64,000 bases of DNA. Origin: an uncultured Chloroflexia bacterium (GTDB lineage Bacteria > Chloroflexota > Limnocylindria > Limnocylindrales > CSP1-4). The notes under the pieces were generated by a model. The model was not told where the DNA came from. It made no database searches and saw only the letters and a list, made by a program, of their open reading frames with translations. Every line of letters begins with the position of its first letter. Positions within the stretch are counted from its first letter, which is position 1. Shown here one piece after another: positions 8,747-19,544 of the stretch. The DNA is taken from contig OY970218.1 of assembly GCA_963713975.1 (NCBI GenBank), forward strand, positions 1,920,001-1,984,000, given 5' to 3'. The translations under genes were made by a program, and so were the position numbers.

Positions 8747-10344
8747 ATGCAGCTGCTCGGGGACGCGTCGGCCCTGGAGGATCTCCGGTCGCGTGCGACC
8801 GCGGTGGCCTCCGCGTGGGGTGCCACCGCCGCCACCTTCACCACCATCGGCCAGGAGCGCGCGATCCTCCGGCTGTTCGGCGTCGGGGGGCTGGATCGGG
8901 CCGGTCGGCCGCTGGCCGCCGAGGTCGTGGACCGCTACCTTGCCCCGGATCCACGCCGGCTTGCCGGGGGCGTGGCGCTGCCGTTCGCAATGGCCCTGGC
9001 CGAGTACGACCTTGCGCCCCAGGAGCTGGCCCTGGAGATCACGGCCGGCAACGTCGACCTGGGCCTGGAGGCCGAGCTCCTGACGGAGCCGGACCGGCGG
9101 GCGATCGCTGTCGCCAATGCCGTCGCGCTCGCGCGCTCCGCGATGGAGCGGGTCGATGCCAACCGCACGGCACGCAGGGAGCTTCTCGGGCTCCTCGGCG
9201 ATCCGCCCAGGCCGTGGGTCGGGATGTCGCTCGCGGCACCGGCCATCGTCGATGCGCTGGACGAGGCCCGCCGCGCCATTGATGCCGGCGTGGAGCTGAT
9301 CTGGATCGACGTGCCGCCGAGCCGTGAGCTGTCGGAGCTGCGTGCCCGCGGCGGGGGCCCGATTGATGGCTGGCACGCCGCGCCGTCCTCGCGCGGCGGC
9401 CTCGAGGGCCACGATCCACAGGCGCAGCCCATCCCGACGGGCGCCCAGCGCGCCATCTCTGTCCTGCGGAGGTTCGTGGACGAGGCAGGCGCACGTCGCC
9501 GCGGGTACGTGCGGCTCATGACCGCGTCCCAGCACCTCGCGGCGCCGGACCAGGCGGTGGTGGCAGCGTTCGAGCGGATAGACCTCGTGGTTGCGGATCC
9601 GATCCGGGAGATCGTGACCGGGCGGGTCGACCCCGACCGGGCACTTGCGGACCACGCCTTCGCTCACCGCCTGCTGGCTCGTGCGGGCTCCCGGGTGCTC
9701 GTGCCCGCGGGACCGCTGCTCGTGGCCCCGGACCTCGCCAGCGGGGTGCCGTCCGACTCGGCCACCCGGTCGGGCCGGGCGCTCGCGATGCAGCTGCTGA
9801 CCGTCGCACTCGCGCGGCGGGACGGACTGCCCCCGATTCGATCGTGGTGGGTGCGCTGCCGGACTGGCTCGTGGACGAGCCCGGGGCGCCTGTGCATGCC
9901 GCAACCGAGGTGGCATTGCGGCGGGCGCTTCTGCCCGGCCACCCGCTGGCCTTCCTCGAGCCGCCACTGGCGGCGGATGCCGCGACCACCTGGAACGCCC
10001 TGGTGGCGGCGATCCTGCCGGATGCCGGTGACGTGGACCTTGTCCTGCGGCAGGCGACCGATACGCCCGGGCCGGCCGCGGCCACGACCAGAGCGGCCGC
10101 CGCCGTCGCGTCGAGCCTGCGCCGGGTCCGAACCGCACCTGCCCTGGAGGGCGAGGCCCTCGACCACGCCGCGCGCGTGGTTGCTGCCGCGGCCGGCACG
10201 CTCGCGTTGCTCGGGGACTCGGGCTGGCGATCGTTGGTCGACCAGCCGCTCGGCGTCGAGGCGGGTGGCCTGGGGGCGGATGCCGTGGCCGAGCGGACGG
10301 AGGCATTCGACCCACTGGCGGTCGAGGTGACGACAGCCGCCTGA
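8747..10344 (+). pseudogene. Lysine 5,6-aminomutase alpha-subunit (KamD)-like protein, divergent, with a frameshift at ~9830 (true pseudogene or sequencing error)
   Basis: TTIGQERAILRLFGVGGLD..GRPL, PQELALEI..GNVDL, YVRL and FERID resemble the KamD TIM barrel. The coding frame changes at the 5-C run 9830-9834 and continues as DSIVVGALP... to TGA 10344. Confidence 0.7.
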
Positions 10345-10510
10345 GTCGGACCGCGTGCTGCCGGGGACTGCACGACCCCCCGACCGGCGAGTACGCTCCC
10401 CGCAACAACCCGGGCGGCCGGGCGCCATGCAGCGCGCGATCCCCGAGCGTCGGCGAGCGCCCGCACCCCGCCCCCTGCGTCTCGTCGCGCCCGCGACGCT
10501 CACGAGGTGA

Positions 10511-11926
<1,416 letters not shown>

Positions 11927-11956
11927 TCGAAGGGCGGCGCTGGCAGCATCGCCACC

Positions 11957-13549
11957 ATGCGCCGCCCGCCGCTGCCGTCGTTAATCGGCGACCTCGTCGC
12001 GGACCGTCGCGCTGTCAACGCGCTTCTCGCCGGCATGGCCGCGCTGTTCGCTGCGGGCATGGACCCCAAGGTGATGGCGCCGATGGCGACCTCCACCCAG
12101 GCAGCGATCCGCGCGCGACCGGACATCGAGGGCCTGCTGCTCGTCGTCTCGGTCACCACGGCGGTCCTGATCCTCGTCGGCGGGGCGATCGGTGACATCT
12201 CGCGCGCCCGGCCGATCATCCTGGGAGGGCTGTCGGCATCCCTGGTCTTCGGGATCCTGGCGTTCCTGCTGACGGACCCGAGCCACCCGATGTTCGTGGT
12301 GGTCCGGTTCTGCGGCCTCGCCGCGGCCGCCTTGGTGCTGCCGGTCGCGCTGGCGATGGCCGCCACCTCCTATTCAGGCATTCCCCGTGCGACGGCCATC
12401 GGCATCGCCTATGCCGCGTACGGCGCCGGCCAGGGGCTGTCACCGATCCTCGTCGCGCTGATCCCGGGCAGCTATTGGCCGGCCTTCGCCGGGTCCATCG
12501 CAGCGTCGTTGCTGGCCCTCCTGATCGTCCGCTCGAGGATCCCGGACCTCGTCCGCGCCAACCGTGCGGAGCGCCCCTACGTGTTCGGCACCGCGCTGTG
12601 GGCGGCCGGTGTGGTGCTCATCTCGGCGGGCGTCCTGTGGCTGGGAGGAGGGCTGGAGAACCCGTTGCGCATCGGGCTGATCCTGGGCGGGCTCGCCCTG
12701 GTCGCCATCTTCTTCGTGTGGGAGCGGCGGCGCTGGGCCGAGCATGCCGATGCCGTGCGCATCGAGCGCCGCCCCGTGACCATCGCGCTGTTCGTGGGTC
12801 TCGTCATCGCGCTCGCCCAGATCGTGCCGATGTCCCAGCTGCCGCTCTACTTCGGGGTCGGGATGCGGTACGGCCCGATCCTCGGGATGGTGGCCCTGGC
12901 ACCGCTTTTCGTCGCCATGGTGCTGGCCGGTCCGATCGCGGGCTTCCTGCTCGCCCGCTTCCAGCCCCGGCATCTGATTGGGGGTGGCGTCCTGGCCGTC
13001 GGGATCGGCGACCTCCTGGTGGCCGCCGCGATCGGGCCGACGACCACGTACCTGGCGTTCATCGTCCCCCTGTTCCTGGTCGGCGCCGGGTTCGTCGTGG
13101 CGACCACCGTGCGGACGGCGATCATCTTCTCCAGCGTTCCCCGCGGGCTGCCGGCGACCGCGGCGGCGCTCAACGGGGCCTCGATCGAGGTTGGCACCCG
13201 CGCCGGCATCGTGATCATCACCGGCCTCCTCGCGGAGGTGGCCGTCAGCGCCTACGCGGGCTCGCTCGCCGGCCAGCCCCCGGCGCAGGTCGCGGGGCTC
13301 GTGGCCACGTTCCGGGACGTGCTGATCGCGCTGGGGACGCCCGCGTTCCACGCCATTGCCGGTGCCGTGCAACCGGCCGAGCTCGTCGAGTACCGCGAGG
13401 CGTATCTCGCCGGCGTCCAGGTCGCGATGCTGGCCGGCGGCGCGGTGGGCGTGATCGGCGGGATCATCGCGTGGATCACGCTGGGCCGGCGGAACCCGCT
13501 CCAGACCGTGTACGAGCACCGCGACGAGCGGCAGGTCGCCCCGGTCTGA
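11957..13549 (+). CDS. MFS transporter (DHA2-like, ~14 TM)
   Basis: 530 aa with many TM segments and an LVGGAIGD motif-A-like loop. Confidence 0.8.
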   Translation: MRRPPLPSLIGDLVADRRAVNALLAGMAALFAAGMDPKVMAPMATSTQAAIRARPDIEGLLLVVSVTTAVLILVGGAIGDISRARPIILGGLSASLVFGILAFLLTDPSHPMFVVVRFCGLAAAALVLPVALAMAATSYSGIPRATAIGIAYAAYGAGQGLSPILVALIPGSYWPAFAGSIAASLLALLIVRSRIPDLVRANRAERPYVFGTALWAAGVVLISAGVLWLGGGLENPLRIGLILGGLALVAIFFVWERRRWAEHADAVRIERRPVTIALFVGLVIALAQIVPMSQLPLYFGVGMRYGPILGMVALAPLFVAMVLAGPIAGFLLARFQPRHLIGGGVLAVGIGDLLVAAAIGPTTTYLAFIVPLFLVGAGFVVATTVRTAIIFSSVPRGLPATAAALNGASIEVGTRAGIVIITGLLAEVAVSAYAGSLAGQPPAQVAGLVATFRDVLIALGTPAFHAIAGAVQPAELVEYREAYLAGVQVAMLAGGAVGVIGGIIAWITLGRRNPLQTVYEHRDERQVAPV

Positions 13550-13604
13550 AGCGGCCCGTCGGGCCGAGCCCGCGATGTCCACCGACGCTCAGGAGCGATC
13601 CGCG

Positions 13605-13630
13605 GGAACGCGATCGCCGCCAGCGGTGTA
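13605..13630 (+). promoter_or_regulatory. Putative ECF-sigma promoter GGAAC-N16-GTGTA
   Basis: GGAAC at 13605-13609 and GTGTA at 13626-13630, upstream of the operon that contains the ECF sigma gene. Confidence 0.5.
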
Positions 13631-13665
13631 CAACGATCGTCGACCCGTCCCCTGAGGTGTCCCCG

Positions 13666-14325
13666 ATGCGCTCCCAGGCACTCGCCCTGCTCGCTGCCGG
13701 CCTCCTGCTCGCCACCGCCGCCGTCCCCGTCCTGGCCAAGGAGGGCGTGGAGGCGCGTCTCGACGCCCCGATCGGCATGGATACGCCGGGGGGCACCGAG
13801 CTCCTCGTCGGGATGACGGTCACCGCGCCCGACGGTGACACGACGGTTCCCGTCGTGGGGACGCCCATGTACCTCCGGCTCACTGGTCGCGACGGATCCT
13901 CGACCCGTGCCGCTGGGGCCGTCGAGGGGAAGCCGGGCCACTACGTGATGCGGATCGAGGTCCCCGCAGGCGGAGCACGGGCGGTCGAGATCGGCATCCA
14001 TGGCACCAGCGACCTGCCCGTCATCGTTGCTGGCGAGGTGCTGGTCTTCGGTGGGGTCACGGCGTCCACGGCGCAGGTCGCCCCGGCGCCCGTTCCGGCC
14101 CTCACGCCGTTCCCGAGAGCCTCGGCCGTCGCTCCCGCCGTCATCGCCCCGGTTGTGGCCGGCGAAGCCCCTGTCTCGTCCGTGGTCGAGCCCACCGCAC
14201 CGGGGCCCCTCGTTGCGGGGTTGCTCGCGCTGGCCGTCGTGCTCGGGCTGGGCCTCCTGGTCCTGGCGCGCCGTTCCCGTCGCCCGCCGCCGACCATCCT
14301 CCCGGACCAGGCTCCTGGCGGCTGA
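13666..14325 (+). CDS. Exported protein with signal peptide, Pro/Ala linker and C-terminal TM anchor
   Basis: MRSQALALLAAGLLLATAAVPVLA signal, C-terminal hydrophobic helix followed by RRSRR, GAGGT RBS. Confidence 0.7.
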   Translation: MRSQALALLAAGLLLATAAVPVLAKEGVEARLDAPIGMDTPGGTELLVGMTVTAPDGDTTVPVVGTPMYLRLTGRDGSSTRAAGAVEGKPGHYVMRIEVPAGGARAVEIGIHGTSDLPVIVAGEVLVFGGVTASTAQVAPAPVPALTPFPRASAVAPAVIAPVVAGEAPVSSVVEPTAPGPLVAGLLALAVVLGLGLLVLARRSRRPPPTILPDQAPGG

Positions 14326-14340
14326 CGGGCCGCCCTGCGC

Positions 14341-14940
14341 GTGACGATCGACGGGGCGGACGAGACCGGTGGCCGCGAGGCACGCCTGGTCCGCCGGGCT
14401 CAGGACGGTGACCACAGTGCCTACGGTGAGCTGGTGACGATCCACCAGACGGCAGCCTTCCGGGTCGCGTTCCTGCTGCTCGGCTCCGCCCCCGATGCGG
14501 AGGACGCGGCCCAGGACGGGTTCGTGCGTGCTCACGCCGCAATCGCGCGCTTCCGTGAAGGCGAGCCGTTCCGGCCGTGGCTGCTCGCCATCGTGGGCAA
14601 CGAGGCGCGCAACCGGCGTCGCGCCCGTGGCCGCCGCGAGGGGATGCTCGGACGGGCAATGTCCGCGTTCCGGGCCGGCGAGGTGGCGGCGACCGGCGGA
14701 CCGGAACGGCTCGTGCTCGCTGGTGAGACCCACGCCGAAGTCCGGGATGCGGTGGCGTCGCTCGACGACGGCGAGCGACATGTGGTCGCGTGCCGCTATC
14801 TCCTCGGGCTGTCCGAGGCCGAGACGGCCGCTGCGCTCGGGATCCCGGTCGGGACGGTGAAGTCGCGGCTCCACCGGGGCCTGCGCCGCCTGCGAGATCG
14901 GCTCGGGCCAGCGATGCGCCCGGCGGGAGACGTCCGATGA
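14341..14940 (+). CDS. ECF RNA polymerase sigma factor
   Basis: AEDAAQD.F, FRPWLLAI..N (region 2); LS.AETAAALGIPVGTVKSRLHRG (region 4). Confidence 0.92.
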   Translation: MTIDGADETGGREARLVRRAQDGDHSAYGELVTIHQTAAFRVAFLLLGSAPDAEDAAQDGFVRAHAAIARFREGEPFRPWLLAIVGNEARNRRRARGRREGMLGRAMSAFRAGEVAATGGPERLVLAGETHAEVRDAVASLDDGERHVVACRYLLGLSEAETAAALGIPVGTVKSRLHRGLRRLRDRLGPAMRPAGDVR

Positions 14941-15701
14941 CAGACCGTGCGCTGACCCCCGACCCTGGCCTCGAGGCCCTGCTGCGCGCCGCGGCCACCG
15001 GCGTCATGTGGCCGGCGACCCCCGACCTGCGTCCGGCCGTGCTCGCCGCGATCGACGCGCAACCGGTGGGGACCACAGCGCCCCCGTCGCGGCGCCGGAC
15101 CATCGTCCGCGCGCTCGTCCTCGCGCTGCTCGGGCTCCTGGTCCTGGCCGGCGTGGCCACGGCGCTCGGCTACCGGCTGCCCGGCCTCGACATCGTATTT
15201 GTGGAGCACCTGCCGCCTGCTGGTGCGGGACTGGAGCTGGGCTCGGAGATCACGCTGGCCGAGGCACGGGCCGTAGAGCTGCCGCGCGTCCTCGTCCCCG
15301 GCGGGCTGCCGGAGCCCGAGACGGCCTTCGTGCTCGGAACCGGTGACCGGCGCATCGTGACGCTGGCCTGGCGCGCTGCGGCGGGGGAGCCCGTGCTGGC
15401 CGGGACCGACCTCTCGCTGGCGATCATGGCGGTGCCGGGTCGGACCGACGAAGGCTTCCTGACCAAGCTACTCGGGCCGGGGACCGGCATCGATCCGGTC
15501 GACGTGGACGGCGACCCAGGCTGGTGGATCTCCGGTCTGCCCCACGATCTGCTCGTCCAGCGCCCCGACGGCACGGTCGGCATGGTCACCTCGCGCCTCG
15601 CGGGCGACACGCTCGTGTTCACCCGCGACGGCACGCTCTACCGTCTCGAATCCGCCCTTGGCCGCGACGCGACGCTGGCGATCGCCCGGTCGCTTGGCTG
15701 A
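14937..15701 (+). CDS. Putative single-pass anti-sigma factor
   Basis: ATGA overlap with the sigma gene; short cytoplasmic N-terminus, one TM helix and an extracytoplasmic domain. Confidence 0.65.
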   Translation: MTDRALTPDPGLEALLRAAATGVMWPATPDLRPAVLAAIDAQPVGTTAPPSRRRTIVRALVLALLGLLVLAGVATALGYRLPGLDIVFVEHLPPAGAGLELGSEITLAEARAVELPRVLVPGGLPEPETAFVLGTGDRRIVTLAWRAAAGEPVLAGTDLSLAIMAVPGRTDEGFLTKLLGPGTGIDPVDVDGDPGWWISGLPHDLLVQRPDGTVGMVTSRLAGDTLVFTRDGTLYRLESALGRDATLAIARSLG

Positions 15702-15723
15702 CCGGCGTGCCAGCCCAACCGAC

Positions 15724-17190
15724 CTATGCGATCCCGGCCGGAGTCCCCGGCAGCGCCTCCCCGAGGCCGTACGGCGCCCCGGCCGCGCGGACGCGGGCGA
15801 CCATGCCGGAGGCCACGGCCGGGTCCAGGTCCGGGACGACGTGCGCCGCCATGATCTCCTCGACCCGCACGCGGGCCCGTCCGTAGGCGTCGAGCCCGCC
15901 TGCGTCCAGCCAGGCCCGGCGCGAGCTGCGGTCGATGACCTTCGAGGGCAGGAACTGCTCGGAGCGGAACAGCTTGCGGGTCTCCTGGAGCTCCAGGAAC
16001 CGGCCCTCGGGCCCGGCGGCCTCGAAGAAGCCCGTGGCGAGGGTCTCGGTCGGCGTGGCCACGCCCCGCAGGAGCCGCTGGACCATCCCGATCATGTCGG
16101 CGTCGATGACCAGCTTCTCCGCGCTCTGGGCGAGCAGGAAGTCCAGCATCCCGGGACCGGAGATCATGTCGATCCCCGCCAGGCCGCCGATGAGCGCGGT
16201 CATGCCGCTCTCGAGGCCTGCCTGCGCATCGATGACCTTGGCGTCGGTCGCGCCAAGGTAGGCGTGGCAGGGCATCCCCAGCGACTTGCCGACCGCCGCG
16301 TAGCCCGCGTCAATCATGGCCGTCTCCACGGCGCCCATGGGTGTCGATCCCGAGCGCATGTCCACGATGGTCGGCGCCCCACCCCAGACGATGGGGGAGC
16401 CGGGCTCGGCGAGCTGGTGGAGCACGATCCCGGCCAGCGTCTCCGCCGCATGCTGGACGATCGACCCGATGAGCGTGACCGGTGCCGCGACGCCCGCCAG
16501 CGGCATCGAGATCAGCTCGGTCGGGACGTGGGCCCGTGCCAGGTCCATCACGTTGCGGCATGCGAACTCGGACCAGGTGAGGGGCGGTGACGGGCAGACG
16601 TCGAAGACGGCGCGCGGCTTCTCGGCCAGGGCATCCCGGCCACCGGCGTCGAGCGCCAGCAGGTCGATCATCACGGACGAGCCGCGCGGGGTGAAGGCGC
16701 CGGTGACGACGGGCTTGCCGGAGTTGACCAGGCACACGAACAGGCGGTACAGGTCGCCGATCTCGGTCGGGACGTCGTGGGCCACGATGGAGGTCGAGAC
16801 GGCGTCGTACGCAGGCAGCGCGTCCGCGACACGCACGATCCGGGCCAGGTCGGCGGCCCGTGACTGGCGGGTGTCGAGCGTCTCCGGGTCCAGGACCTGG
16901 ACGCCGGAGGAACCGGGATCGAAGTGCACGACGCCCTGGCCGTAGCGCACGGCGGGGGCGCCGGCCCGGTCGTACAGGTTGAACGCCGCGGGCGCGGAGT
17001 CCAGGGCGCGGCGGACCATCGCCTCGCCGATGGCGACCCGGTCACCGTCGGCAGTGGCGCCGTGGGCCACGAGGAGGTCGATCGCCTCGGGCTCCTCGAC
17101 CTTGATGCCGGGGCGCTGCAGCAGCTGCAGCGCCTCGTCGACGACGCGGTCGATCAGCGAGGGATCGAGGAGCTCGAAACGGGGTCGCAT
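15724..17190 (-). CDS. Trimethylamine:corrinoid methyltransferase (MttB) superfamily protein, non-pyrrolysine, #1
   Basis: PSPPL, G..APVTL.G, AE.LAG..L.QL..PG.P, DMR.G, TDAK..DAQAG.E, GPGML. No in-frame TAG. Confidence 0.9.
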   Translation of the reverse strand: MRPRFELLDPSLIDRVVDEALQLLQRPGIKVEEPEAIDLLVAHGATADGDRVAIGEAMVRRALDSAPAAFNLYDRAGAPAVRYGQGVVHFDPGSSGVQVLDPETLDTRQSRAADLARIVRVADALPAYDAVSTSIVAHDVPTEIGDLYRLFVCLVNSGKPVVTGAFTPRGSSVMIDLLALDAGGRDALAEKPRAVFDVCPSPPLTWSEFACRNVMDLARAHVPTELISMPLAGVAAPVTLIGSIVQHAAETLAGIVLHQLAEPGSPIVWGGAPTIVDMRSGSTPMGAVETAMIDAGYAAVGKSLGMPCHAYLGATDAKVIDAQAGLESGMTALIGGLAGIDMISGPGMLDFLLAQSAEKLVIDADMIGMVQRLLRGVATPTETLATGFFEAAGPEGRFLELQETRKLFRSEQFLPSKVIDRSSRRAWLDAGGLDAYGRARVRVEEIMAAHVVPDLDPAVASGMVARVRAAGAPYGLGEALPGTPAGIA

Positions 17191-17256
17191 CGGGTTGTCT
17201 CCGGGATGGGGCGAAGAGGTTGCTTCCCGCCGGTCCAGCCGACGCCGGCGGGCGGT

Positions 17257-18729
17257 TCAGGCCGCGCCGACGCCGGCCCTGGCCGCATGGGTGGCGATCA
17301 ACCGGCGGAGCTCGGCATCGAGCGCCTCGTCCAGCGGTTCCGGGCGGTGGTCGCGGAGCAGGGTCCGGGCTCGTTCCAGGGCCTCGCGGTGGTACTTGTC
17401 CGGGTCCGCCTCCCACTGCCCATACGGGCGGCGGTCGAGATAGCGCGGCTTCCACAGGCCGCGCATCGCCGTGCGCGTGTGGGGCGAGGTGAGGTAGTCG
17501 CCGCCGGGACCGACCTCGGCGATCGCCTCGAGCGCCAGGGACGCGTCGTCCACGGTCACCCCCTCGATCATCTGCGCGACGATCGACGCGATCTCCGTGT
17601 CGAGGATGAGTTGCTCGTAGGACCAGATCCGGGATCCGTGGAGAAGCCCGGCGCCCAACAGCATGTCCGAGCCCACGACGGAGGCCATGAACGCGGACAG
17701 CCCGTTCTCCAGGCCGGCCTGCCAGTCGGAGCGCTTGGCGCCGGTGGCGTAGGCGCCCATCGACAACGGCACCTTGTAGAAGTCGGCCAGCTGGTTCGTG
17801 ACCGCCCCGAACAGGAAGTCCTCGGGACCACCACCGGTGTAGGCGCCGGACCGGAGGTCCATCGCCGTCTGGGCAGCGGCGTAGTAGACGGGTGAGCCCG
17901 GGTACGCGAGCTGCAGCAGCGCCAGCGCCGCGATCACCTCGGCGTTGCCGACGACCAGCGACCCGGCGACGGTGGCCGGACCGCTGAAGGCGCACGACGC
18001 CATCGTCATGTAGCCCACCGGGATGCCGGCCTCGGCCGCGACCAGCCCGGCGTCGATGGCCCCGCCGTCATGGGCAAGCGGGCTGATGGTGCACTGCATG
18101 AGGGACAGGACGGGATGGGCGCGCAAGGCGTCGCGGCCGCCGGCGATGGCCGCGGCCATCTCGATCGCGACCGCGGCCTCCTCGGCCGTGACGATGCTCT
18201 CGGTCTGGACGTGCTTGGTGGAGTTGCGCCAGACGGCCGTGACCTCCTCGAGGGAGCGGCTCTCCGGGTGCACGTCCTGGGCGGACACCGCCACCCAGTG
18301 GAAGGCGATCTCGGGGAGCGCGTCGGCGACGCGCGCGATGTCCCCGACGTCCGCCAGTGCCGACCGGCGGACCTCCAGGGTCCACGGATCCAGGACCTCG
18401 ATCCCGCAGCCGTCGGTGGCGAGGTGGACGTGCTCCCCGTCGAGTGGCAGGTCGAGCTTCGGGTCCCGGGCGCCAAGGGTGTAGGCCGGGGGCGCGGTCT
18501 GCAGCGCGCGCTCGATCATGGCGCCGGGTGCCTTCACGATCCCGGTCGCGCGGTCGACGGTGGCGCCGTGCTCGGCCCAGATGGCCTGGGCCCGCTCCGA
18601 TGGGAAGCGGACGCCGACACGCTCGATGATGTCCAGGGTGGCGGTATGGATGCGGCCGATCGCTGCCGGTGACAGGACCTCGAAGCGTGGCCGGTTGCTG
18701 CCGGCCACGCTGTCCTCTGCGCTGCTCAT
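17257..18729 (-). CDS. MttB superfamily methyltransferase, non-pyrrolysine, #2
   Basis: STKH, ISPL, GPATVAG.L...NAE, MDLRSG, DWQAG.E, VGPGG.YL..PHT. Confidence 0.9.
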   Translation of the reverse strand: MSSAEDSVAGSNRPRFEVLSPAAIGRIHTATLDIIERVGVRFPSERAQAIWAEHGATVDRATGIVKAPGAMIERALQTAPPAYTLGARDPKLDLPLDGEHVHLATDGCGIEVLDPWTLEVRRSALADVGDIARVADALPEIAFHWVAVSAQDVHPESRSLEEVTAVWRNSTKHVQTESIVTAEEAAVAIEMAAAIAGGRDALRAHPVLSLMQCTISPLAHDGGAIDAGLVAAEAGIPVGYMTMASCAFSGPATVAGSLVVGNAEVIAALALLQLAYPGSPVYYAAAQTAMDLRSGAYTGGGPEDFLFGAVTNQLADFYKVPLSMGAYATGAKRSDWQAGLENGLSAFMASVVGSDMLLGAGLLHGSRIWSYEQLILDTEIASIVAQMIEGVTVDDASLALEAIAEVGPGGDYLTSPHTRTAMRGLWKPRYLDRRPYGQWEADPDKYHREALERARTLLRDHRPEPLDEALDAELRRLIATHAARAGVGAA

Positions 18730-18837
18730 GTGTGCCTCCAGCCGGGCACCTGGTGCCCGGCCACGCGTGTGCTCCGGCTCGAGCCCGGGAGCCGGTACCG
18801 TGCGGCGATCGGCGGGACGCCGGCCGCGGTCGTCTGG

Positions 18838-19503
18838 TCAGGCCCCGGCGGCCGCCCCGGAACCCATCAGCCTGCGGGCCAGCGCCACGGCGCCGATGGC
18901 GTCCTCGCTGTACCCGTCGGCGCCGATCTCGGTCGCCCAGCTCTCGCTTGCCGGTGCGCCGCCGACGATCACCTTGACCTTCTGGCTCAGTCCGGCGGCC
19001 GCGAGGGCTTCGACGACGGTCCGCTGCCCGGCCATCGTCGTGGTCAGCAGGGCCGAGACGCCGATGATGTCCGCGTTGTGCTCCCTGGCGGCCTCGACGA
19101 ACCGGTCCGGCGCCACGTCTACGCCCAGGTCATGGACCTCGAAGCCGCTGGTCGAGAGCATCATCCCCACGAGGTTCTTGCCGATCTCGTGGATGTCGCC
19201 CTTGACCGTGCCGATGACGACCCGGCCGACCACGCTGCGCTGGGTGGCCATCTGCTGGAGCACGGGCTCGAGGACGTCCATCGCCTTCTGCATGGCGCGG
19301 GCGGCGAGCATCATGTCAGGCAGGAACAGCTCGCCCTCGGCGAACTGCTCGCCGACGAACGAGAGGCCCGGGACCAGGCCGTTGTCGATCGCGTCGAGCG
19401 GCGGGACGCCGTCGTCCAGGGCCTGCTGGGCAAGGGTGGCGGCCGCCGGCGCGTCCCCGTCGATGACCGCCTGTCGCAGCGCCGCGAACAGCTCGTCGCT
19501 CAT
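18838..19503 (-). CDS. Cobalamin-binding corrinoid protein (MttC/MtbC-like)
   Basis: Cap domain (VG..F..GE.FLP), GTVKGDIHEIGKN (DxHxxG), SALLTTTM, VGGAP. GAAGGAG RBS 8 nt upstream of the ATG. Confidence 0.93.
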   Translation of the reverse strand: MSDELFAALRQAVIDGDAPAAATLAQQALDDGVPPLDAIDNGLVPGLSFVGEQFAEGELFLPDMMLAARAMQKAMDVLEPVLQQMATQRSVVGRVVIGTVKGDIHEIGKNLVGMMLSTSGFEVHDLGVDVAPDRFVEAAREHNADIIGVSALLTTTMAGQRTVVEALAAAGLSQKVKVIVGGAPASESWATEIGADGYSEDAIGAVALARRLMGSGAAAGA

Positions 19504-19544
19504 GTCGTCCACTCCTTCGCCCGGGTCAGCGGGCCTGGTGCTCG

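Noticed and set aside
10427-10510. 27-aa uORF ([27 protein letters not shown]) ending 3 nt before tpl, considered as a TnaC-like leader
   Set aside because: No Tyr or Trp codon, no clear RBS, and a composition typical of random GC-rich frames.
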